A stretch of 64,000 nucleotides of DNA, taken from Candidatus Limnocylindria bacterium (GTDB taxonomy: Bacteria; Chloroflexota; Limnocylindria; P2-11E). A model generated the notes under the pieces. It worked only from the letters and a program-made list of their open reading frames with translations, was not told the DNA's origin and searched no databases. Within the stretch, counting starts at the first letter, position 1. The number at the start of each line of letters is the position of its first letter. Where the stretch lies: assembly GCA_036001645.1 (NCBI GenBank), contig DASYUC010000081.1, positions 21,325-85,324 of the forward strand, read 5' to 3'. A program made the translations under genes and the position numbers. Of this stretch, positions 18,699 to 27,175 are shown piece after piece.

Positions 18699-19564
18699 GC
18701 ATCGCGGAGCGCATCGGCGCGATCCGGCCCGATCCGAGCGACCAGTCGCCCCTGCGCATCGACGAGGCGCTCGTGCGTCGCATGCTCATCGCGTTCCTGC
18801 GCGAGGAAACGAAGAAATCAGGCCACCGGCGCGTGGTCGTCGCGGTCTCGGGTGGCGTCGACAGCGCCGCGGTCCTGGCGCTCGCGGCGGAGGCCTTCGG
18901 TCCCGCGAACGTTACCGCGCTGTTCCTGCCGTATCGGACGTCCGATCGCGCATCGCGCGAGCACGCGCGGCTCATCGCCAAGACGTTCGGTGTTGCGCTC
19001 GAGGAGATCGACATCACGCCGCAGGTCGACGCGTACCTCGGCGGGCTCGGTGAAGTGGACCGCGTGCGGCGGGGCAACAAGATGGCGCGCGAGCGCAAGT
19101 CGATCGAGTACGACCGTGCCTGGCCGGACGGGCTCGTGCTCGGGACGAGCAACAAGACCGAGCTCCTGCTCGGGTATGGCACGCGCCACGGCGACATGGC
19201 CTGCGACCTGAATCCCGTCGGCGATCTGTACAAGACGCAGCTGCGCGAGCTCTCGGTGATCCTCGGCGTGCCCGACGTCGTCGTGGCCAAGGCACCCAGC
19301 GCGGATCTCTGGGAGGGCCAGACGGACGAGGGCGAGCTTGGATTCACGTATGCGCAGGCGGACCTCATCCTGTATCACCTCGTCGATCGCCGCCTGCGTC
19401 CCTCCGAGCTGATCGCCGCGGGCTTCGACGCGGCACTCGTGAACAACATCCGGGAGCGAGTCCGTCGGAGTCATTACAAACGGGTCATGCCGCTCATCGC
19501 CAAGGTGAGTCTTCGCACGGTCGGCCATGACTTCCTATATCCGCGTGACTGGGAAGCGGACTGA
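18695..19564 (+). CDS. nadE: NAD+ synthetase (synthetase domain only)
   Basis: PP-loop 'VVAVSGGVDSAAV', 'GTSNKTELLLGYGTRHGD' and 'PSADLWEGQTDE' are present. Confidence 0.9.
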   Translation: MSIAERIGAIRPDPSDQSPLRIDEALVRRMLIAFLREETKKSGHRRVVVAVSGGVDSAAVLALAAEAFGPANVTALFLPYRTSDRASREHARLIAKTFGVALEEIDITPQVDAYLGGLGEVDRVRRGNKMARERKSIEYDRAWPDGLVLGTSNKTELLLGYGTRHGDMACDLNPVGDLYKTQLRELSVILGVPDVVVAKAPSADLWEGQTDEGELGFTYAQADLILYHLVDRRLRPSELIAAGFDAALVNNIRERVRRSHYKRVMPLIAKVSLRTVGHDFLYPRDWEAD

Positions 19565-19615
19565 GCACGTCGTCCAGCGGCGCGGAGCCGACCGAAACCC
19601 TCTCTACGCGCGAAA

Positions 19616-19638
19616 CCCCGTCCCTCGTCGGGACGGGG
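19616..19638 (+). terminator. GC-rich hairpin (9-bp perfect stem CCCCGTCCC / GGGACGGGG, 5-nt loop) 52 nt after the nadE stop; no U-tract
   Basis: Read directly from the sequence. A second imperfect GC hairpin follows at about 19640-19656. Confidence 0.4.
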
Positions 19639-19752
19639 ACCCCTCGCGCGCGGGGGCCCTCGGTCGGCTCCGCGCCCGATGCCTCTGAATCTCCGCCCCT
19701 ACGTCTCGCGCTCGGATACGGGCTGGCATTCTCGGCCGCCGCGTGCTTCGGG

Positions 19753-20586
19753 GTGGGCGGGATCATCGCGAAGACCGCGTTCAACGCGGGCGTGCCGCCA
19801 TCGCTACTCGCCGAGTGGCGGATCCTGTTCGGCTTCCTCGCCTACGCGGCCCTCTTCGCCGTGATCCGGCCCGCGGCGTTCCGCGTCCGTCGAGCCGATC
19901 TGCCGCTCTTCGCTCTCTTCGGCATCGTCGGCCTCGCGGGCGTGCAGTGGTCGTACTACGAATCGATCCAACGCCTCCCAGTCGGCGTCGCGGTGGTCAT
20001 CCAGTACACCGCGCCCGTCCTGCTGCTCATCTGGGCACGGCTGCGCGGACGGAAAGTGGGGAGCCGGCTGTGGCTCGCCGCGGCGCTCGCACTCGTCGGC
20101 TGCTTCTTCGCCGCGGGCGCGTATGACGCCGCGCTCTTCCAGCTGAACACCGAAGGCGTGGCGCTCTCGGTGCTCTCCGCGTTCATCTTCGCGCTCTACT
20201 TCTCGCTCGCGGAGCGGATCCTCAAGAGCTACGAAACGCCGACGCTCCTCATCTATGGATTCGGCTTCGCGCTTCTCGCGTGGGCGGTCTACCGTCCGCT
20301 CTGGACGCTACCGTGGACCGCGACGCCGCCCGAGATCTACACGCTTCTCGTTGGCGTGCTGATCGTGGCGACCGTGATCCCGTTCGGCCTAACGCTCGCC
20401 GCGGTGAAGCTCATCCCCGCCGCGCGCGTTGGCCTGACGGCGACGATCGAGCCCGTCGTCGCGGCGATCGCCGCGTTCCTCGTGCTCGGTGAACAGCTCG
20501 CGCTCCCGCAGATCGCGGGCGGTGCGATCGTGGTCGTCGCGATACTCATCGCGCAGAGCCTCCGTCCGACCGCGGATAGCGTGTAG
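19753..20586 (+). CDS. EamA/DMT family transporter (the annotated start truncates TM1; see finding on the frameshift at 19696-19699)
   Basis: The protein is polytopic and hydrophobic with duplicated EamA-like halves. The first helix 'LALGYGLAFSAAACFGVGGIIAK' is encoded in-frame upstream of GTG 19753, with no canonical start in that frame. Confidence 0.75.
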   Translation: MGGIIAKTAFNAGVPPSLLAEWRILFGFLAYAALFAVIRPAAFRVRRADLPLFALFGIVGLAGVQWSYYESIQRLPVGVAVVIQYTAPVLLLIWARLRGRKVGSRLWLAAALALVGCFFAAGAYDAALFQLNTEGVALSVLSAFIFALYFSLAERILKSYETPTLLIYGFGFALLAWAVYRPLWTLPWTATPPEIYTLLVGVLIVATVIPFGLTLAAVKLIPAARVGLTATIEPVVAAIAAFLVLGEQLALPQIAGGAIVVVAILIAQSLRPTADSV

Positions 20587-20633
20587 GACTGAAAAGTGCC
20601 GCGGTACGTCGAGGAAATGAGTGGGCGCCGATC

Positions 20634-21017
20634 ATGAAGGACCTCAGCGTTGGATGCGCTTGGGTGCCATCGCAGCTGACCATTTCCGACGCAGTTGTCG
20701 CGTCCATATTTGTCATGAGCCTTCCAGACGGCATAGCCGTGCGTTTCACGGAATACCAAGGGTCATCACCAGGAATCCGTGCGTGGATGCGCCGGTGGTT
20801 TGAGGATCGTCGCGACAAGTACGAGCGCGAGAAGCGGGGCGAGTTGGAGGAACCGATTGCGCTGATCTCGCTGAGCGTTCAGCGCGCCAAGCCTGGAGGC
20901 GAGTATTCCCTTGTGGAGTCGATCGCAGCAACGTCCGAAGCCACCTCGATTCCTGATGATTGGCCAGACCTCCCACGTGCTGAGTTGCTCGCGCGCGCGA
21001 TCGCCTTCCTGAGCTGA
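20634..21017 (+). CDS. Hypothetical protein (127 aa)
   Basis: This is the only sizeable ORF in a locally lower-GC gap. Codon usage is atypical, with many A/T-ending codons. No family was recognised. Confidence 0.3.
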   Translation: MKDLSVGCAWVPSQLTISDAVVASIFVMSLPDGIAVRFTEYQGSSPGIRAWMRRWFEDRRDKYEREKRGELEEPIALISLSVQRAKPGGEYSLVESIAATSEATSIPDDWPDLPRAELLARAIAFLS

Positions 21018-21050
21018 GCCGGACCCGGCAACGCGAGAGAATCTCCGCTG

Positions 21051-21761
21051 ATGGGCAAGCTGTATCTCGTCGCAACACCGATCGGCAACCTCGAGGACGT
21101 CACGCAGCGCGCGCTGCGAATCCTCCAGGAGGCTCATATGGTCGCCTGCGAAGACACGCGCCACACGCAGATCCTGCTGCGCAAGCACGACATCCGCGCG
21201 AAGCATCTCACCGCCTACACCGAGTTCAACCACAAGCGCAAGGTCGTCGAGCTCGTCGGCCAGCTCGATCGCGGCTGGGACGTCGCCCTCGTCTCCGACG
21301 CGGGCACGCCCGCGCTGTCCGACCCCGGCGAGCAGCTCGTCCGCGCGGCCGTTGCCGCGGGTCACGAGGTCGTCGCCGTGCCCGGGCCTGCCGCGGCCAT
21401 TGCCGCACTCGTGGCATCGGGACTGCCGACGCGCGAGTTCACGTTCGTCGGGTTCGTCGAGAAGAAGAGCGGGCCGCGACGGCGCCTGCTCGAGCGGCTC
21501 ATCGCCGAGGGTCGCACCGTCGTGCTCTACGAGAGTCCCTACCGCGTTGCCGACCTGCTCACCGACCTCGCGGCCGTCGCGCCGGCCGCGCCAGTCGTCG
21601 TCGCGCGTGAGCTCACCAAGATCCACGAGGAGCTTGTCCGCGGCACGGCGTCGGAGCTCGCGGCACGCTTCTCGGGGAAACCGCCCAAGGGCGAAGTCAC
21701 GGTCGTGTTCGCGCCGGGCAAAGGCCCGCTGATCGACCCATCGGGTGGTCCGGAGGCCTAA
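21051..21761 (+). CDS. rsmI: 16S rRNA (cytidine1402-2'-O)-methyltransferase RsmI
   Basis: 'LYLVATPIGNLEDVTQRALRIL...VACEDTRHT' and 'LVSDAGTPALSDPG' are RsmI (tetrapyrrole methylase fold) signatures. Confidence 0.9.
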   Translation: MGKLYLVATPIGNLEDVTQRALRILQEAHMVACEDTRHTQILLRKHDIRAKHLTAYTEFNHKRKVVELVGQLDRGWDVALVSDAGTPALSDPGEQLVRAAVAAGHEVVAVPGPAAAIAALVASGLPTREFTFVGFVEKKSGPRRRLLERLIAEGRTVVLYESPYRVADLLTDLAAVAPAAPVVVARELTKIHEELVRGTASELAARFSGKPPKGEVTVVFAPGKGPLIDPSGGPEA

Positions 21762-21793
21762 ACTCCCGGCTACACGGCGCGGGGGAGGATGCG

Positions 21794-23428
21794 ATGAAGC
21801 TTGGCCTGCACCCGTTCTTGTTCCGCAGCACATCGTTGATGTTCGTGGCCGCGCTCGCGATATCGGCGTGCACGAGCCCGACGCAGACCGGGGCGACAGC
21901 TGCGCCGTCAGCGCAGGCGGGGCCGGTGTCGGGAGGGACCGTCACGATCCCCATCGGCGCGGATCCCACGCTCAATCCCTGGAGCCCGAACGCCTTCGTC
22001 GAGTCTCTCTTCATCAACCGTGCGATCTTCGAGGGCCTCACCAAGCCCGGCAAGGATCTCGCGCCGGCGCCGGATCTCGCGGAGAGCTGGACGACCGCGT
22101 CCGACGGGCTCAGCTGGACGTTCAAGCTCCGCAGCGGCGTGAAGTGGAGCGACGGCAAGCCGTTCTCGGCCGACGACGTCGCATTCACCTTCAACGACAT
22201 CGTGCTCAAGCCGGACCTCGGCGCGCAGAACCGCGCGAGCTACGCGGCCGTGAAGAGCGTCACCGTCGTCGACCCGAATACGGTGCGGTTCGACCTGACG
22301 CGCAAGTTCGCTGCCCTGGCTTCGTTCCTCGCGTACAACGCGGGTATCCTGCCGAAACATGTGCTCTCGGCCGATCCGCTGAAGACGACGTCGTTCAATA
22401 AGGGCGTTCCGGTAAGCACCGGTCCGTTCAAGGTCGAGAAGTACACGTCCGGCCAGAGCGTCTCGCTGGTGCGCAACGAGAACTACTTCGGTCCGAAGCC
22501 GTACCTCGAGAAGGTCGTCTTCACCGTCGTCCCCGACCCGAACACGCAGATCGCGCAGGCGCTTTCGGGAGACCTGCAGATCATGATCCTGGACAACAAG
22601 GCCGCGGTCGATCGCCTGAAGAGCGCGGCAGGTCTCGTTGTCGTGGCACGCCCGCTCGTGCAGTACTACTGGCTTTCGCTGAATCAGACCGACAGCCGCT
22701 TCACCGACGTGCGTGTCCGTCAGGCGTTCGTTCACGCCATCGACCGCGCGGCGATCATCAGATCGGTCGAGCTCGGCTACGGTTCGATCGCGAACAGCCC
22801 GATCACTCCCGCGCTCAAGGCGTATTACGACCCATCGTTGGCGTCGAAGTACCCGTACGATCCGGCGAAGGCCACGGAGCTGCTGAAGGCGGCCGGCTGG
22901 ACGCCAGGGCCGAACGGCGTGCTCCAGAAGGATGGCAACCCATTCCAGTTCACGATGGACGTCGGTCAGCGCGGCGTCCTCGAGCCCGTCAACGCGCTCA
23001 TCCAGCAGGATCTCAAGAAGGTCGGCGTGACCGTCGACCTGAACACGATGGAGTGGAACGCCTACATCCAGAAGGACGTGGTCCGTCGCGAGTACACGGC
23101 GACCGTCAACTGGTGGACCTACCCGAGCGACCCGGACGTGTTCCCGTACTACCACTCGAGCGCCGCGGGCAAGGGTTTCAACATCCCCGGCTACCAGGAC
23201 GCGAAGCTCGATGATCTGCTCGTGCAGGGGCAGAGCGCCGGCGATCTCGAGGCTCGGAAGGCCGTGTACAAGGAGCTTCAGCGGTACACGTCCGACGTCC
23301 TGCCGTATCTCTTCCTCTGGTACCCGCAGGAGATCGACGTGCTGAGCACGGCACTCCAGGGCGTGCCCGAGCTCGGCCTCCGCGATTCGATGCACTACAT
23401 CGGCGAATGGTGGTTGGCCAAGAAGTAA
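21794..23428 (+). CDS. ABC transporter substrate-binding lipoprotein, family 5 (peptide type)
   Basis: An SD 'GGGGAGG' lies upstream. Lipobox 'LAISAC' is present. 'DLAESWTTASDGLSWTFKLRSGVKWSDGKPF' is typical of the DppA/OppA family. Confidence 0.85.
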   Translation: MKLGLHPFLFRSTSLMFVAALAISACTSPTQTGATAAPSAQAGPVSGGTVTIPIGADPTLNPWSPNAFVESLFINRAIFEGLTKPGKDLAPAPDLAESWTTASDGLSWTFKLRSGVKWSDGKPFSADDVAFTFNDIVLKPDLGAQNRASYAAVKSVTVVDPNTVRFDLTRKFAALASFLAYNAGILPKHVLSADPLKTTSFNKGVPVSTGPFKVEKYTSGQSVSLVRNENYFGPKPYLEKVVFTVVPDPNTQIAQALSGDLQIMILDNKAAVDRLKSAAGLVVVARPLVQYYWLSLNQTDSRFTDVRVRQAFVHAIDRAAIIRSVELGYGSIANSPITPALKAYYDPSLASKYPYDPAKATELLKAAGWTPGPNGVLQKDGNPFQFTMDVGQRGVLEPVNALIQQDLKKVGVTVDLNTMEWNAYIQKDVVRREYTATVNWWTYPSDPDVFPYYHSSAAGKGFNIPGYQDAKLDDLLVQGQSAGDLEARKAVYKELQRYTSDVLPYLFLWYPQEIDVLSTALQGVPELGLRDSMHYIGEWWLAKK

Positions 23429-24369
23429 TTTCATTCCTTTTCCAGCGCATCGCGTCGGGGGCGCTCGTGATCGTTTTCGCGAGCGCCCTCACCTTCTTCT
23501 TCGTGAACCTCGCGCCTGGCGGCCCCGCGTCGGTCATGCGGTTCGACGTCACCGCCGAGCAGCGCGACGCCCTGATCAAACGCATGGGCCTCGACAAGCC
23601 GGTGACGCAGCGGTACGTCGAGTGGGTCACGGGGGCGGTGCGCGGCGACTTCGGCATATCGCTCCTGACGGATGAGCCCGTCACGCAACGCATCGGCGAA
23701 AGACTTCCGAACACCCTTACGCTCGCCGGCGCCGCTTTCCTGCTGTCGATAACGCTCGGGATCCCGATCGGCCTCATCCAGGCACTACGCCGCGGGAGCT
23801 CCCTCGATCATGTCCTGAGCTTTTTCAGCGCGATCGGACTCGCGGTGCCGGTCTTCTGGCTGGGCATCGTGCTGATCCTCATCTTCGCCGTCTCGCTCCG
23901 CGTACTCCCATCGGCGGGAGTGACCGGGATCGCGACGGACACGCTGCTCGACCGCGTGCAGCACCTCGTCCTGCCGGCGGTGGTGCTCGCCACGACGGTC
24001 CTCCCCACCATCGTCCGTTTCATGCGCTCCTCGGCGATCGAGGTCCTCCACGAGGACTACATCCGCACCGCCGAGTCGAAGGGTCTCGGGCCGCGCGTCG
24101 TCGTGGCGCGCCACGTCCTGCGGAACGCATTGATCCCCGTGGTCAGCGCGCTGGGGGCGCTCGTGCCGCGCCTGCTCGGCGGTGCGGTGGTCACGGAGGT
24201 GGTGTTCAGCTGGCCAGGTCTCGGCCGGCTCGCGCTCGAGGCCGCTCAGGGCCGGGACTACCCGCTCATCACCGGCCTCACGGTGGTGGCCGCGGCCGTG
24301 GCGGTCGGGACGACCCTGCTCGTGGATCTCGCGTACACCCGCATCGATCCGCGGGTACGACTCGCGTGA
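23407..24369 (+). CDS. Dpp/Opp-type ABC transporter permease (DppB-like)
   Basis: 'YIRTAESKGLGPRVVVARHVLRNALIPVV' is the EAA loop, and the C-terminus is 'LAYTRIDPRVR'. Confidence 0.85.
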   Translation: MVVGQEVISFLFQRIASGALVIVFASALTFFFVNLAPGGPASVMRFDVTAEQRDALIKRMGLDKPVTQRYVEWVTGAVRGDFGISLLTDEPVTQRIGERLPNTLTLAGAAFLLSITLGIPIGLIQALRRGSSLDHVLSFFSAIGLAVPVFWLGIVLILIFAVSLRVLPSAGVTGIATDTLLDRVQHLVLPAVVLATTVLPTIVRFMRSSAIEVLHEDYIRTAESKGLGPRVVVARHVLRNALIPVVSALGALVPRLLGGAVVTEVVFSWPGLGRLALEAAQGRDYPLITGLTVVAAAVAVGTTLLVDLAYTRIDPRVRLA

Positions 24370-25169
24370 CGCGTCTCGGAGGTGCAGCCCTCGCGGTGCT
24401 CGCCGCGATATCCCTTCTCGCGATCGTCGGCCCGTTGTTCTGGACGATCCCGCCCGAGGCGACCAATCCGGCGCAGACCCTCGCCGCGCCGAGTCTGGCG
24501 TACCCGCTCGGCACCGACGAGCTCGGGCGGGACGTCCTGAGTCGCCTGCTTCACGGGACCCGGGTCACTCTGCTCGTCGGCGTCGCCGCCATGCTCGCCG
24601 CGCTGTTGATCGGCGTCATCGTCGGCGCCGTCGCGGGCTTCAAGGGCGGATGGCCCGACACGGTGCTCATGCGCTTCACCGACGGGATGCTCGCCGTGCC
24701 GGCATTCTTCTTCATCCTCGTCGTGGTCACCGTGCTCGGCCCCGGCATTGGGACACTGGTCCTGGTCATCGGCGCGTTGTCGTGGATGCCGGTCGCGCGG
24801 GTCGTCTACGGCGAAACCCTCCGCTGGAAGACGGCCGAGTTCGTCGTGGCAGCCGTGTCGCTCGGAGTGCCCGCGCCTCGCCTGCTCGTCCGCCACATCC
24901 TTCCGCAGGCGATCCCCTCACTGGTCGTTTCGGCCACGCTGGGAGTCGCGTTCGCGATCCTGACCGAGTCGGCCCTCAGCTACCTCAGCTTCGGCGTCCA
25001 GGCGCCGCTGCCCTCGCTCGGGAACATGCTTCAGCGGGCGCAGATCTACGTCTTCACGGCTCCCGTGCTCGCTATTTACCCCGGCCTCGTGATCACGGCC
25101 GTCGTGCTCGCGTTCAACTTCCTGGGAGATGGTCTACGCGACGCGCTGGACCCCAGGCGCCGTCGCTAG
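24366..25169 (+). CDS. Dpp/Opp-type ABC transporter permease (DppC-like)
   Basis: GTGA overlap with the upstream gene. 'YPLGTDELGRDVLSRLLHGTRVTL' and 'LGDGLRDALDPRRR' are present. Confidence 0.85.
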   Translation: MTRLGGAALAVLAAISLLAIVGPLFWTIPPEATNPAQTLAAPSLAYPLGTDELGRDVLSRLLHGTRVTLLVGVAAMLAALLIGVIVGAVAGFKGGWPDTVLMRFTDGMLAVPAFFFILVVVTVLGPGIGTLVLVIGALSWMPVARVVYGETLRWKTAEFVVAAVSLGVPAPRLLVRHILPQAIPSLVVSATLGVAFAILTESALSYLSFGVQAPLPSLGNMLQRAQIYVFTAPVLAIYPGLVITAVVLAFNFLGDGLRDALDPRRRR

Positions 25170-25200
25170 TATCGGCGGGCGACACGCAGGGGAGGACGAG

Positions 25201-26421
25201 ATGAAGACAGCCGACGTCGGTAAGGCCACGCGCTACTCCGGTTATCGCAGCTTCCAGTACCTCGAACCGGGCAGCGACTATCGCGAATTCGAGCTCGCGA
25301 AAGAGCTCGACCGCGTGCCCTCGCGCAAGGTCGAGGTCAGCACCGCGCAGGAGGAGCGGGTCCAGCGTCTGCTCGACGAGCACCTCGCGGTGTCGCTCCA
25401 CGACCACTGCTTTGTCGTTCCGGCGGACTTCGCGGAACTGGCCGACTACCGCCGGCAGGGACGCGACTGGACGGGATACGCCGGCATGGCGCGGTCCGGG
25501 CTTGATGCGGTATTCGACTGCCTGATGGACGGCACCGCGACGATCACGTCGAAGGCCGGCTGGAAGTGGGACGACATCGTCTACGACCTCGGGATGCGCC
25601 TGTCAGACATCCTGCACCAGGACTTCGTCGTGCGTGGAGAGACTCTGGACGACATCCGCCGCGCCAAGGAGAACGGGCAGATCGCGTTCATCGCCTCGCT
25701 CGAAGCCGCCACGGCCATCGAGAACGAGGTCGATCGTCTCGACATCCTGTATGGCCTCGGCATCCGGTCTTCCGGCATCGCGTACAGCGAAGCGAACACG
25801 CTGGGCAGCGGACTGAAAGAAGCCAAGGACGGCGGTCTCACCGAGTTCGGACGCCAGGCCGTGCGCCGAATGAACAAGCTCGGGATCGCGATCGACGTCT
25901 CGCACTCGGGTGACCAGACATCGCTGGACACGATCGAGGCAAGCGAGAAACCGATCTTCATCACTCACGCCGGAGCGCGCGGGCTCTGGAACACGAAGCG
26001 GATGAAGCCCGATGAGGTGCTGAAAGCGATGGCCGCGAAGGGCGGCGTCATCGGTATCGAGGCCGCACCGCACACGACGCTCACGAAGAAGCATCCCAAG
26101 CACTCGATCGAGAGCTTCATGGAGCACTTCGAGTACTGCGCGGATCTCATCGGGATCGACCATGTCGCGTTCGGACCAGACACCCTGTTCGGCGATCACG
26201 TCGGGCTGCACCACTACTTCGCGAAGCAGCTGTCGATCAAGGCCGCGCACGGCGCGCAGGCCTTCGAGGAGGTCGCGTTCGTCGATGGGATCGAGAACCC
26301 GGCCGAGGCGTTCCCGAACATCGTGCGCTGGATGGTCAAGCACGACTACTCCGACGGCGACATCGGCAAGGCCATTGGCGGCAACGTCATGCGTGTGTTG
26401 GAAGAGGTCTGGTTCCGGTAG
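25201..26421 (+). CDS. Membrane-dipeptidase family (peptidase M19) protein
   Basis: GGAGGA lies 5 nt upstream of ATG 25201. 'AVSLHDHC', 'IAFIASLEAA', 'GIAIDVSHSGDQT', 'FITHAGAR' and 'IDHVAFGPD' follow the M19 metal-ligand pattern. Confidence 0.85.
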   Translation: MKTADVGKATRYSGYRSFQYLEPGSDYREFELAKELDRVPSRKVEVSTAQEERVQRLLDEHLAVSLHDHCFVVPADFAELADYRRQGRDWTGYAGMARSGLDAVFDCLMDGTATITSKAGWKWDDIVYDLGMRLSDILHQDFVVRGETLDDIRRAKENGQIAFIASLEAATAIENEVDRLDILYGLGIRSSGIAYSEANTLGSGLKEAKDGGLTEFGRQAVRRMNKLGIAIDVSHSGDQTSLDTIEASEKPIFITHAGARGLWNTKRMKPDEVLKAMAAKGGVIGIEAAPHTTLTKKHPKHSIESFMEHFEYCADLIGIDHVAFGPDTLFGDHVGLHHYFAKQLSIKAAHGAQAFEEVAFVDGIENPAEAFPNIVRWMVKHDYSDGDIGKAIGGNVMRVLEEVWFR

Positions 26422-26443
26422 GCCAGAGCCCGGCTATCCTCCG

Positions 26444-27175
26444 ATGGGCGAAGGGGGAGCCGATCCGTTGAAGCGCGACTACCGCAAGTGGCACAGTCCT
26501 GCGCTCTCGCGGGACATGGAGCTGCTCGTCTTCGGCGAAGGCGGCACCCCGGTCCTCGTCTTCCCGACCTCCATGGGCCGCTTCTACCAGTGGGAGGACT
26601 TCGGGATGATCGCCCACATGGCGGAGCGCATCGACGCGGCCTGGCTTCAGCTCTGGTGCGTCGACAGCGTCGACTCGGAGTCGTTTTACGACAAGAAGAA
26701 GGCGCCACAGGAGCGTGCCCAGCGGCACCTCGCGTACGAGCGCTACCTCGTGGAGGAGGTCCTCCCCACCGTCCGTGCTGAGAATCCGGTCGACTTCCTC
26801 GTGACCGCCGGCGCGTCGTTCGGCGCGTTCCACGCGATCGCGTTCGCCACGCGCCGACCCGGTCTCGCGCGCAAGGCGGTCGGTCTCTCGGGCGCCTATG
26901 ACGCGGCGCGCTGGCTTGGCGGCTCGCATGAGGGTGAGGCGTACTACGTGAACCCGCTGACGTTCCTCCCGAACCTGAACGACGCGCGCTATCTCGAGCC
27001 CCTGCGGTCGACCGAGATTGTCATCGCGACGGGACACGACGATCCGAATGTCGAGGAGTCACGGCGTATGGCGACGGCCCTCCAGGACAAGGGCGTGCCG
27101 GCGAGCTTGCATGTGTGGGATGGCTGGGCGCATGACTGGCCATATTGGAAAGAGATGGTGGACGTGTTCCTGTGA
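26444..27175 (+). CDS. Alpha/beta-hydrolase 'putative esterase' family protein (esterase D-like)
   Basis: The nucleophile elbow 'GASFG' is present, followed by 'GHDDP' and 'GWAHDW' (Asp/His candidates). Start is taken at ATG 26444. Confidence 0.7.
   Translation: MGEGGADPLKRDYRKWHSPALSRDMELLVFGEGGTPVLVFPTSMGRFYQWEDFGMIAHMAERIDAAWLQLWCVDSVDSESFYDKKKAPQERAQRHLAYERYLVEEVLPTVRAENPVDFLVTAGASFGAFHAIAFATRRPGLARKAVGLSGAYDAARWLGGSHEGEAYYVNPLTFLPNLNDARYLEPLRSTEIVIATGHDDPNVEESRRMATALQDKGVPASLHVWDGWAHDWPYWKEMVDVFL

Noticed and set aside
19561-19563. CTG start (overlapping the nadE TGA) for the EamA transporter
   Set aside because: This start would put the strong 19616-19638 hairpin and a low-complexity 48-aa extension inside the coding region. 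The ATG 19679 plus single-C frameshift explanation is simpler.
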